Origin: Anaerolineae bacterium
Lineage (GTDB): Bacteria > Chloroflexota > Anaerolineae > J102
NCBI GenBank assembly: GCA_011371305.1
Contig: DRQW01000137.1
Span: 1 to 41,889 of the forward strand
Length of the DNA stretch: 41,889 bases
Direction: 5' to 3'
The position numbers and the translations under genes are program-made. This document shows positions 1 to 8,562 of this stretch, piece by piece; the stretch's first letter is position 1; the number at the start of each line of letters is the position of its first letter. The notes beneath the pieces were generated by a model. That model ran no database searches, was not told the origin of the DNA, and saw only the letters and a program-made list of their open reading frames with translations.

Positions 1-61
1 AACAAGTGCAAAAAGCCATCGTTTCATGAATCTGTCATTGGAGCGTTTGAGTCATACCTTT

Positions 62-90
62 TTCAAATACTTTGCTGGTATGATTATAGT
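62..90 (+). promoter_or_regulatory. candidate sigma-70-type promoter upstream of the amrS-like gene
   Basis: TTCAAA (62-67), 17 nt spacer, TATAGT (85-90), in an AT-rich leader about 45 nt before ATG 135. Confidence 0.35.
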
Positions 91-134
91 ACGAATGTTG
101 TTCTATGAAAATATGGCTCTCAAGGAGGTCCATC

Positions 135-1268
135 ATGCCCGAGAAAGTCATCACCCTCGCCGAATATCTGGACAGCATGGCCGTGCCCGGCGAGTTGTAT
201 GAAAAGCTGGATGACAACACCGTGCGCTGCTATGCCTGCGGTTTGCGCTGCAAGATCAAGGATGGCCGCCGCGGGGTGTGTCAGGTGCGCTTCAACAAGG
301 GGGGCGTGCTCTATGTGCCCTTCGGCTACGCCGCGGGCATCCAGGCCGATCCCATCGAGAAAAAGCCCTTCTTCCATGTGCTGCCGGGCGCAGACGCGCT
401 CACCTTCGGCATGTTGGGCTGCGATATGCACTGCGATTACTGCCAGAATTGGCTCACCTCCCAGGCCCTGCGCGATCCCGCCGCGGGCACGCTGCCCACG
501 CCCATCACCGCGGAGGAGATGGTGGGGCTGGCCCTCAAGTCGGGAGCGAAGGCCGTGGTCAGCTCCTACAACGAGCCTCTCATCACCAGCGAATGGGCCG
601 TTGCTGTGTTCAAGGAGGCCCGCAAACACGACCTCATCTGCGGCTACGTCTCCAACGGCAACGCCACGCCCGAAGTTTTGGACTATCTCCGGCCCTGGGC
701 GCAGATCTACAAGATCGACCTCAAGACCATGGATGACAAGAAGTACCGCCAGCTCGGAGCGCCCCTGAAAAATATCCTGGACGGCATCAAGATGGTGTAT
801 GAGCGTGGTTTCTGGCTGGAGATCGTCACCCTGCTCGTGCCCAACTTCAACGACTCCGAAGAGGAAATCCGCGAAGCGGCCGAGTTCATCGCCTCCATCT
901 CCCCCGATATCCCCTGGCACATCACTGCCTTCCATCCCGACTACAAGATGACCGACCGCGGTCCTACCCAGGCCCGGAAGCTGCTGCGCGCGGCCGAGAT
1001 CGGCAAAGAGGCCGGGCTGCACTTCGTCTATCTGGGCAACCTCCCCGGTCAGGTGGCGGAATTTGAAAACACCTATTGCCCCCATTGCGGTCAGCTTCTG
1101 GTGGAACGCACGGGGTATCTCATCACTGGCTACTATCTCACCGACGAAGGGCATTGCCCCAAGTGCGGTGCACAAATCCCTGGCGTGTGGCACAAACGCG
1201 CGGCCGATGCCAACGTGGCCAGCGACCTCACCCCCTGGTATGCCCGCCGCCCGCGTGTGGTCAGATAG
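135..1268 (+). CDS. amrS: AmmeMemoRadiSam-system-type radical SAM enzyme (pyruvate formate-lyase activase-like)
   Basis: ORF 105..1268. AGGAGG at 123-128, then ATG 135. N-terminal Cys cluster (CYACGLRC..GVC), radical-SAM CX3CX2C as CDMHCDYC, and a C-terminal CPHCG/CPKCG zinc ribbon. Confidence 0.85.
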   Translation: MPEKVITLAEYLDSMAVPGELYEKLDDNTVRCYACGLRCKIKDGRRGVCQVRFNKGGVLYVPFGYAAGIQADPIEKKPFFHVLPGADALTFGMLGCDMHCDYCQNWLTSQALRDPAAGTLPTPITAEEMVGLALKSGAKAVVSSYNEPLITSEWAVAVFKEARKHDLICGYVSNGNATPEVLDYLRPWAQIYKIDLKTMDDKKYRQLGAPLKNILDGIKMVYERGFWLEIVTLLVPNFNDSEEEIREAAEFIASISPDIPWHITAFHPDYKMTDRGPTQARKLLRAAEIGKEAGLHFVYLGNLPGQVAEFENTYCPHCGQLLVERTGYLITGYYLTDEGHCPKCGAQIPGVWHKRAADANVASDLTPWYARRPRVVR

Positions 1269-1320
1269 GATCGAGGTTAGGTCCCAGGATTGGAAATCGC
1301 GCGTTGCCTGAATCCTGATC

Positions 1321-1839
1321 CTAATCCTGGTCCTGAGTCTTCTCCGCAATCGGTCGCAGCGCCTCAAACACCTGCTCCCACACCCACTCCATGAACGCGC
1401 TGCGGCTTTGGCGGAGCATCATCGCGGTTTCAGGGTCCAGTTCATCCAAGCGATTGACTGCTTCCGGCCGCTCCACAAATCGCCCGATCTCATTCCAATC
1501 CCGGTCGTAGAAAAGAAAAGTAGGGACGCGCGGGTGCTCATCACCAGTGATCGATATCATCCGGCCGGGGGCCTCATCCCGCCGCATAATCCGTAAGTCG
1601 AAGGGCGCGACTTTCGCAATGGCCATCAGGGGCGGGATCGCGTTGAGGCTGTCGGGGCAGTAGTCTTCGGTGAAGATGAGGACATGCGCGATGTGATCTG
1701 CAGCCGCCCACGTCTCGCGATCCTCCTCGGGAAGCTTGCAGAACGCGATGTTGCGGGCCATGAGACGCTGGTATTTCTGCATCGAGTAGAAATATTCATC
1801 CCAGGTCATGCCCTGGCCATAGAATAGCTCATCGTTCAT
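1321..1839 (-). CDS. thioredoxin-like protein (Thioredoxin_9-like), monothiol CPDS variant
   Basis: 172 aa ORF. Thioredoxin-fold layout (IFTEDYCPDSLNAIPPL ... PTFLFYD) with CPDS in place of CxxC. ATGA overlap with the stop of the upstream transporter gene at 1836-1839. Confidence 0.6.
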   Translation of the reverse strand: MNDELFYGQGMTWDEYFYSMQKYQRLMARNIAFCKLPEEDRETWAAADHIAHVLIFTEDYCPDSLNAIPPLMAIAKVAPFDLRIMRRDEAPGRMISITGDEHPRVPTFLFYDRDWNEIGRFVERPEAVNRLDELDPETAMMLRQSRSAFMEWVWEQVFEALRPIAEKTQDQD

Positions 1840-3149
1840 GATTCGGATGCGTCCTTTTTCTGAGTCATGGCAGCGAGACGTTGGCGCCAGTGGTGCAACC
1901 GATGCCGCCAGGTAGGGCCTCTCTCCTGAGTAGATCGAGCCTGTTCTTCGGCAAAGGACACAGGAAAGGGGTCTTGGTCAAGGATCTTGGCATGGGCGTA
2001 TTGGAAGAGGATCTTCAGCGTGGCCAATGTGGGCGCGGCCAGGAAAATGCCCAGGATTCCCGCGAAGCTGGCGCCAATGACCACGCCCACGAGCACGATC
2101 ATGGGGTGCAGCTCCAGCGCGCTGCCCATGATGCGGGGCACTATCAGAGTATTTTCCAATTGTTGGATAAGCACATAGGCTCCTAAGGTGATCAGGGCAA
2201 AGGTGATGTTGTTTACTGGTAGGACAGAGGAGCCTTGGGCCAGGGCTAGGATGATCGCGGGTACAGCGGCGATGATGGGGCCAATGGTTGGCACGGCTTC
2301 CATCACCCCGGCGATAATCGCCAGGGCCAGCGCGCTGGGAAGTCCGATCAGCAAACCAATGAAAAGGGTCATGGTGCCGATGACCAGGGAGAGCATAAGC
2401 TGACCCCGAAAGAAGGCATTCCAGACCCGGTTGATGCGAAAGCCCAACTCGCTAAGTTCGGGTAAAAATTCGGGTTTGACCAGGGATTTCGCCCAGGGCT
2501 TCAGTTTATGGCCATCGACTGTGATGTAGAAGATATAGAAAAAGAGCAGGAAAATGGAAAAAAACAGCGAGACGGCACGGGATATGAAAGAAGTCAGGAA
2601 TCCAGATAGTCCGCCAAGAACCCCCCATATCGCCGAAAAGATTTGCTGCGCAAACACGATGATATCATCCATGGTGGGGATCACTATCCCACTGGTATCT
2701 TCATCGGGAACGATCCATTGGGATAATTCCTGCAAAAAACGCGTGAGATCAATCTGGAATCCCCATAAATAAATGATTCGTGACTCCTGAATCCACTGAT
2801 TCAACAAGTCTAGCCCTCGCAAGCTGGCATCAAAGACATCCTTTGTCAGTTGCAGAAATTGCGTGATCAGTAAGGGAAAAAGGATGGCTGGGATAACGAT
2901 GATTAGCCCCATGGCAACGAACAGGCCCACGATCGCGGCCAAAGCCCGTGGAAATCGGTGACGTTCCAGCCAGTTAACCAGGGGTTGGAGGAGATAAGCC
3001 AAAAGAGCGGCGATGACCAGCCAGGCTAAGGCCGAGCGTGCATAGTAGATCAGCCCCAAGACTACCACGAGGATGGCGATGATTGCCCAACGTTTGGTTT
3101 CGGGCGACCAGCGGGGTGAGGAGGTAGGCGGAGATGTGTTCATCATCAT
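1836..3149 (-). CDS. AI-2E family transporter (PerM/UPF0118)
   Basis: ORF 1836..3299 trimmed to Met51 (MMMNTSPP) just before the first TM helix. Multi-TM protein with the conserved C-terminal half (GAYVLIQQLENTLIVPRIMG). Confidence 0.8.
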   Translation of the reverse strand: MMMNTSPPTSSPRWSPETKRWAIIAILVVVLGLIYYARSALAWLVIAALLAYLLQPLVNWLERHRFPRALAAIVGLFVAMGLIIVIPAILFPLLITQFLQLTKDVFDASLRGLDLLNQWIQESRIIYLWGFQIDLTRFLQELSQWIVPDEDTSGIVIPTMDDIIVFAQQIFSAIWGVLGGLSGFLTSFISRAVSLFFSIFLLFFYIFYITVDGHKLKPWAKSLVKPEFLPELSELGFRINRVWNAFFRGQLMLSLVIGTMTLFIGLLIGLPSALALAIIAGVMEAVPTIGPIIAAVPAIILALAQGSSVLPVNNITFALITLGAYVLIQQLENTLIVPRIMGSALELHPMIVLVGVVIGASFAGILGIFLAAPTLATLKILFQYAHAKILDQDPFPVSFAEEQARSTQERGPTWRHRLHHWRQRLAAMTQKKDASES

Positions 3150-3207
3150 GGTAGCAAGTGAACGCAGAGAAATGGGGAAATCGGTCAGCCTGCCGTCCAG
3201 AAACTTA

Positions 3208-5016
3208 TCATACACGATTTTCCGACTTGTTTGTTTCTTGAGAATCCATGCCGGATGGCCGGTAGTGATTCGTGATGGGCAGGCGACGGTCTTTGCCAAA
3301 GGCCCGGACAGTGATCTTCACGCCCGGTGCGGCCTGCCGCCGCTTGTATTCGTTGCGGTCCACCATGCGAATGATGCGGGCCACCAAGGCCGGGTCGAAT
3401 CCCCGGGCCACGATCTCCTCCGGGCCCATATCCTGCTCGATATACATTTCCAGGATGGGATCGAGGATATCGTAGGGGGGCAGGCTGTCGGTGTCCAGTT
3501 GGTTGGGGCGCAGTTCGGCACTGGGGGGCTTGATGATGATATGTTCGGGAATGAGATCGCGTCCGGCCTGGGCGTTGCGCCAGCGGGCCAGTTCCCACAC
3601 CAGGGTCTTGGGCACGTCTTTGATCACCGCGAAACCGCCTGCCATGTCACCGTAGAGGGTGGCATAGCCTACGGCATTCTCGCTCTTGTTGCCCGTGCTC
3701 AACAACAGCCATCCGAATTTGTTGGAAAGGGCCATGAGGATGACCCCGCGCAGCCGGGCCTGGATGTTTTCCTCGGCCACATCGAACTCGGTGCCGCGGA
3801 AGGGATAATCGGGCGGGCCGTGCAGGGTGTTGAGCATGGCCGTGAAGGGTTCTTCGATGGGGATGGTGAGAAAGCGGATGCCCAGATTTTCGGCGAGCTG
3901 GCGGGCGTCGGTTTTGGAATGTTCGGAGGAGAAGCGGGAGGGCATACTAACACCCACCACATTCGCTGCGCCCAAGGCATCCACCGCGATGACCGCCGTC
4001 AGCGAGCTGTCGATCCCCCCGCTCAGGCCGAGCACCACTTCCTGGAAGCCGTTCTTCCTGATATAGTCGCGTGTACCCAGCACCAAAGCCTGATACACTT
4101 CGCCCACTGGATCAGGGGTGGGGTGGATATCGTTTTGGCGCTCCAGATGGGCGTCGGGCAGGTCGTGACTGATGCGTGCGCCCTGCACTGTGCGAAACGA
4201 TTCCCCCTCTTCGGCCAGCGCCCGCAAGGTCTCCCGGGTCTGGCGGTACCGGGGATCGTGCAATCGTCGGCGGAAGACCTCATCCAGATCGATATCTACC
4301 ACCAGCAGGGCTTCTTCGAACATGGGGCCCCGGGCCAGCAGTCGTCCATCGGGGCCAAACACCAGGCTGCGGCCATCGAAGACCAGCTCATCCTGGCCGC
4401 CGACCAGGTTACAATAAGCCACAAAGGCCACATTATCCGCCGCCCGGGTGCCCATCATGCGTTCGCGTGCGGCACCTTTGCCCCGGGCGTAGGGCGAAGC
4501 GGAGATATTCGCCAGCAGCTCCGCGCCCATCAGCGCCTGCCATTGGGGTGGCCCGCCCGGATACCAGATATCCTCACAGATGCTTAACCCCATGCGATCG
4601 CCACCTAAATCGAACAGCAGGGTCTCCTTCCCCGCGCCGAAGTAACGGTTTTCGTCAAAGACGCCGTAATTGGGCAGGAAATGTTTGGAATAAATGTCCA
4701 ACAGATGGGCATCTTGGATCAGCGCAGCCCCATTGAACAGATCGTAGTGATTGGAGATGGGAAGCCCGAGGGCCACGGTCAGCCCCGCGGTGGCGGGCAG
4801 AATATCCTCCAATGCCCGACGCGCGGCCTCGATAAAATCCGGCTTGAGCAGCAGGTCTTCGGGCGGATAGCCGGTGATGGCCATTTCGGGAAAGAGGACG
4901 AGGTCCGCGCTTTGCCCACGGGCTTTCTCCAGCCAATCACGGATCTTGGCGACGTTGCCTGAGAGATCGCCGACGGTGACGTTGATTTGGGCCAGGGCCA
5001 GGCGTAAGGTGCGCAT
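3208..5016 (-). CDS. nadE: glutamine-dependent NAD+ synthetase
   Basis: N-terminal CN-hydrolase domain (LRLALAQINVTVGD, FPEMAITGYPPED) plus an NAD synthetase domain with the SGGIDSS P-loop. Start chosen at MRTLRLALAQ (CAT 5014-5016); the ORF is open to 5070. Confidence 0.93.
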   Translation of the reverse strand: MRTLRLALAQINVTVGDLSGNVAKIRDWLEKARGQSADLVLFPEMAITGYPPEDLLLKPDFIEAARRALEDILPATAGLTVALGLPISNHYDLFNGAALIQDAHLLDIYSKHFLPNYGVFDENRYFGAGKETLLFDLGGDRMGLSICEDIWYPGGPPQWQALMGAELLANISASPYARGKGAARERMMGTRAADNVAFVAYCNLVGGQDELVFDGRSLVFGPDGRLLARGPMFEEALLVVDIDLDEVFRRRLHDPRYRQTRETLRALAEEGESFRTVQGARISHDLPDAHLERQNDIHPTPDPVGEVYQALVLGTRDYIRKNGFQEVVLGLSGGIDSSLTAVIAVDALGAANVVGVSMPSRFSSEHSKTDARQLAENLGIRFLTIPIEEPFTAMLNTLHGPPDYPFRGTEFDVAEENIQARLRGVILMALSNKFGWLLLSTGNKSENAVGYATLYGDMAGGFAVIKDVPKTLVWELARWRNAQAGRDLIPEHIIIKPPSAELRPNQLDTDSLPPYDILDPILEMYIEQDMGPEEIVARGFDPALVARIIRMVDRNEYKRRQAAPGVKITVRAFGKDRRLPITNHYRPSGMDSQETNKSENRV

Positions 5017-5103
5017 ATGCTGAGATGAGGGATTTAGGAGTTGGTGTCGGGGTAAAGGTATCGGGGTCATTATAGCCTTGGTCAGACCTCACGTCCAGTC
5101 ATG

Positions 5104-5133
5104 TTGACAGGAACATGTGTTCTGTTTTAGAAT
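5104..5133 (+). promoter_or_regulatory. strong candidate promoter, apparently leaderless, for the radical SAM repair gene
   Basis: TTGACA (5104-5109), 18 nt spacer, TAGAAT (5128-5133). ATG 5140 lies only 6 nt after the -10 box and there is no Shine-Dalgarno sequence. Confidence 0.55.
5110..5123. promoter_or_regulatory. Cheo-type LexA/SOS box candidate (GAAC-N4-GTTC)
   Basis: GGAACATGTGTTCT matches 12 of 14 positions of CGAACRNRYGTTYC and sits in the spacer between -35 and -10. Confidence 0.5.
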
Positions 5134-5139
5134 AAGAAC

Positions 5140-6051
5140 ATGAATTCGGATCGGACTCGCTATATCGAGATCGACGTTAAGTCCGCACTGAACAAGGTGA
5201 CCAGCGCCCAATATCCGGGCATGAAGTGGTCGCTGAATCCCTACCGCGGCTGCAAGCATGGCTGCGTCTATTGCTACGCGCGCTATACCCACACGTTTTA
5301 CGACCTGGATCCCGATCGGGATTTCACCTCGATTGTTTTTGTCAAACGCAACTTGCCCGAGGCCCTGCGCGCGGATTTGCGTCAGGCGTCGTGGCAGCGG
5401 GAGCGGGTGTCCATTGGAACAGCCACCGACCCTTATCAGCCCATCGAGGGGCGCTACCGTCTGACCCAAGCCGCGTTGCGCATCCTGCGCGATCAGCTCA
5501 CGCCTGCTAGCTTGGTGACCAAGAATACCATGTGCCTGCGGGATGCGGACCTCATGGCCTCGCTGCATCGGGCTGCGGGGTTCTCCCTGTGCATCTCGCT
5601 GATCACCATCGACGAGGCCCTGGCCCGATCGCTGGAACCCGATGTGCCTTCGCCCGGCCAACGGCTGCGCGTGGTCCAGGAGCTATCTCGGTTGGGCGTG
5701 CCCGTGCACGTGGCTATCGCGCCTATCATGCCCGGCCTGACAGATAGTGAACATCAGCTCCGGGACCTGATCCAGGCCATTTACGACCATGGCGGCCGCC
5801 TGGGCTTTCATCAGACCTTCAAGATGTATGCGGACACCCGTCAGACCCTGTTTGCTTGGCTGGAGCGGGCGCACCCCCATTTACTACCCTGGTATCGGCG
5901 GGTGTATGGCGCGGCGGGCAACGCGCCGCAAGCGTATGAGCGGAAACTCGCGGCCCGCATCGCCCGCATCCACGAGGCTATCGCACCAACACAGGTCGAT
6001 TTCCCTCCTGACCCCGTTGAACCCGCCGGACAACTTAGCCTGGGATTGTGA
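5140..6051 (+). CDS. SplB/COG1533-type radical SAM protein (DNA repair photolyase family)
   Basis: 303 aa. NPYRGCKHGCVYCYARY carries the CX3CX2C motif, and the family-typical N-terminus (IEIDVKSALNKV) is present. Confidence 0.85.
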   Translation: MNSDRTRYIEIDVKSALNKVTSAQYPGMKWSLNPYRGCKHGCVYCYARYTHTFYDLDPDRDFTSIVFVKRNLPEALRADLRQASWQRERVSIGTATDPYQPIEGRYRLTQAALRILRDQLTPASLVTKNTMCLRDADLMASLHRAAGFSLCISLITIDEALARSLEPDVPSPGQRLRVVQELSRLGVPVHVAIAPIMPGLTDSEHQLRDLIQAIYDHGGRLGFHQTFKMYADTRQTLFAWLERAHPHLLPWYRRVYGAAGNAPQAYERKLAARIARIHEAIAPTQVDFPPDPVEPAGQLSLGL

Positions 6052-6055
6052 ATGG

Positions 6056-6186
6056 CCGTTGCGAAAATCGAGTTGGTAGACCGGGAAACCAGTAGACCTG
6101 TAGACCGGGAGGATGAGCGAATCGATCCGGTCTCCTTGGTTTCCTGGGCTACCAGGTTACCGGGCTATTAACCGCCATTTTCATCC
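6056..6186. repeat. long imperfect palindromic intergenic element, copy A (same family as 13994-14108)
   Basis: Termini GAAAAT(C)GAG ... ATTTTC. Arms GGTAGACCGGGAAACCA / TGGTTTCCTGGGCTACC. GTAGACC occurs three times (6076, 6092, 6100). Lies between convergent stops 6051 and 6205. Confidence 0.7.
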
Positions 6187-6204
6187 TCTGGTGCCCCCGC
6201 TTTC

Positions 6205-8562
6205 TCACCGCCAGAATGCGATCTGATGCCGAAAGTGAAAACGCTTATCCAGCCAGGCGCGGATGAACTGGCTGCGCAGGCGTAGCCAGGCATAATGGGC
6301 CCGAACCAGGTCTTCTTCTGCAAGGGGATGCGGTGCATATTTTTCCTGGGCATAAAGATGCGCCAGTTGGTTAACGTCGTCCGATGCCTGGGGTAATGCA
6401 TGCGCGAAGACCTTCGCCTGTTCGAAGGGCGTCAGACTGGGGCGTTGAGGAATGCCCAACAGACGTCCCCACCAGAGCATCCGTGCCCACAACCTATCCA
6501 TGAATTCCTGGGGAAAATGACGCATCCGGGGTTTGGTGGGGTGAGTGGGTGCGGTCATCAGGCGACGAAGGGCATAAATGATCCCACCCAGCCCCAACAG
6601 GGCCAGCAAGATAAACACGAAACCCAGGTTAGACATAATCCGTTCCGCTGCGCCTTGTTCGATACGCACGCTGGGGCCATTGGGCACTTCCTCATCGATG
6701 GGAATGTTCTCCTCTGGTTCCTGTTGGGGGCGGTCTAACACGCTCTCGCGTCCTCCAGGAGCAGGGGGAATGACCTGTTCACTCAACCGTTCGATGACCG
6801 GCTCGGATGCGGTCGGTTCGAACTGAATCCAGCCGTATGTGGGGAAATAGACTTCCACCCAGGTGTGTGCGTCTTTCTCCAGTAACCGGTAGCCACCCGA
6901 TATGGGGTCATATTCACCTGTGGCGTAGCCCTGAGCCAGCCGGGCGGGAATGCCCAAATGGCGCAACATGACGGCCATGGCGGTGGCGTAATAATCGCAG
7001 TAACCTTTCTTCTCTTCGAAAAGGAAGTAATCGGCCGCGTCTTGGCCCGGCTTCGGTCCAGGGATCTGATCCGAGTATTCGTAGCTGCGCACATAGGTTT
7101 CGATGGCTTTGGCGATGTCGTAGGGGTTGTCGTACCCTTGGGCCAAATCCTCAGCTAAGTCGAAGACGCGCTGAGGGACTGTGTCGGGGAGTTGGAGGTA
7201 ACGGGCGAGGATATCGGGGGGATAGACGGTGCTGTCGCTGCGCAATTGCGATTCGGTGGCGAAGCTGATGGCGCTGGTGATGGTGAACGTGTCGCCCGGT
7301 TGGATGATGGTTTCTGAAATGAGCATGGCCAGTTCGGAAACGCCGATGGTCTCCGCGGCCAGTGCTTCTTCGGGTAGCATGCCTTGGGGGATGACCCGGG
7401 CGCTGGCTGGGACATCCACTGATACGGGCATGGGCGCGGCCATGAGGATGTTGGTGCGTTGCAGCATGGTGACCGTCTGCGTAATGGTGCGACGGGCCGC
7501 AAACCGGGGGATGGGCGGTTTGGCGGTCTCGAGATTCACGTTGACCGTACTTCGCAACTCCCAGGCATTGGAAAGGTAGGTATCCAGCACCGTGGCTTGA
7601 TAATAGCGATTCACTGAGGTCTTTACCACCATGACGGGATCGTTGCTGACATTGCGAGGCCCTTCCAAGGGATGGCTGAGGGTGAAGACCACGCTCGCGG
7701 CGTTCGGTCCTTGGGCATTCCCATAATTCAATGTATTGAACAGCCGAGTCCATTCCTCCTTCACCCGATCCCAGGGTTCCTGCAAAGGGTTCAACATCTG
7801 CCGATCTTGCTCCATCAGTGTGCTCGGCAGCACCCATGAAACGATCACCACGAACAGGATGAAGATGACGGCATCGCGCATGACATCGAAACCAATATCA
7901 AAGGGAAAATAGATGCGCTCGCGATACCATTGCGCTTCCCGTTCGCCCAGGGTGGCTCGAACCAACAACAACATGGCCGCCACAAGATAAAAAATAAAAT
8001 AGGCTTTCAAATCCACAGGCGCGTAATAGAGATTCACCAACATGGCCAAACCTGTGGGGAGTACGGCCTGCCATTTGCGTTGTTCACGGAAGAATACCCA
8101 CACTGCGTTAAAGCTAAGGATCCACAACAGAATGGCCAGTAACAAGACGAAGACCAGGGAGTCCGCACCCGGTTGCCCGGCCATGACGTCGGTGAGCCAA
8201 CGGAAGGTGCGCTGGATAACCTGATAAACTGCTTCCTGATGGGTGGCCGAGCCCGTGGCTAGGCTGGAAAGCCCAAATAGAATCGAAGCCGCGCCCGTGA
8301 TGACGCTATAAAGCAGGGCAAATAGGGGGCCGAAATCGGTGAAGGAAATGAGAGTGGCGGCAATCACGGCCATCGCAGTGATCCCCGCCAGCTTGTCCAG
8401 CCCTGGGCTCCAGCCTGCCGCGTCCAGCGACAAAGCCAGAACGCTCAACATAAAACCCAGCAGCAAGACATCGATCCAGCGGCGGGATGGGATTTCATAT
8501 TGGGGGGAAGATGCCTCTTCGGCGGAGGCAGGGTGGGTGTGGGGGGCGTATGTAACGCTCAT
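6205..8562 (-). CDS. transglutaminase-domain membrane protein (TgpA-like: N-terminal TM bundle, TGase core, C-terminal DUF4129-like region)
   Basis: 785 aa. TGase core GYCDYYATAMAVMLRHLGIPAR ... DAHTWVEVYF ... GWIQFEPT. Many N-terminal TM helices. Confidence 0.88.
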   Translation of the reverse strand: MSVTYAPHTHPASAEEASSPQYEIPSRRWIDVLLLGFMLSVLALSLDAAGWSPGLDKLAGITAMAVIAATLISFTDFGPLFALLYSVITGAASILFGLSSLATGSATHQEAVYQVIQRTFRWLTDVMAGQPGADSLVFVLLLAILLWILSFNAVWVFFREQRKWQAVLPTGLAMLVNLYYAPVDLKAYFIFYLVAAMLLLVRATLGEREAQWYRERIYFPFDIGFDVMRDAVIFILFVVIVSWVLPSTLMEQDRQMLNPLQEPWDRVKEEWTRLFNTLNYGNAQGPNAASVVFTLSHPLEGPRNVSNDPVMVVKTSVNRYYQATVLDTYLSNAWELRSTVNVNLETAKPPIPRFAARRTITQTVTMLQRTNILMAAPMPVSVDVPASARVIPQGMLPEEALAAETIGVSELAMLISETIIQPGDTFTITSAISFATESQLRSDSTVYPPDILARYLQLPDTVPQRVFDLAEDLAQGYDNPYDIAKAIETYVRSYEYSDQIPGPKPGQDAADYFLFEEKKGYCDYYATAMAVMLRHLGIPARLAQGYATGEYDPISGGYRLLEKDAHTWVEVYFPTYGWIQFEPTASEPVIERLSEQVIPPAPGGRESVLDRPQQEPEENIPIDEEVPNGPSVRIEQGAAERIMSNLGFVFILLALLGLGGIIYALRRLMTAPTHPTKPRMRHFPQEFMDRLWARMLWWGRLLGIPQRPSLTPFEQAKVFAHALPQASDDVNQLAHLYAQEKYAPHPLAEEDLVRAHYAWLRLRSQFIRAWLDKRFHFRHQIAFWR

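Noticed and set aside
120-1367. 415-aa ORF antisense to the amrS-like gene
   Set aside because: It is a shadow ORF typical of GC-rich DNA. Its composition is Arg/Gly/Ala/His-rich with no recognisable motifs, and the sense-strand gene has clear family signatures.
3073-4587. 504-aa ORF antisense to nadE
   Set aside because: The nadE frame carries the CN-hydrolase and SGGIDSS motifs. The antisense product is low-complexity Gly/Ala/His/Gln-rich.
6815-6830. GGTTCGAACTGAATCC resembling a tRNA T-arm
   Set aside because: It lies inside the transglutaminase coding frame, and no acceptor or anticodon stems can be built around it. I found no tRNA or rRNA elsewhere in the window.
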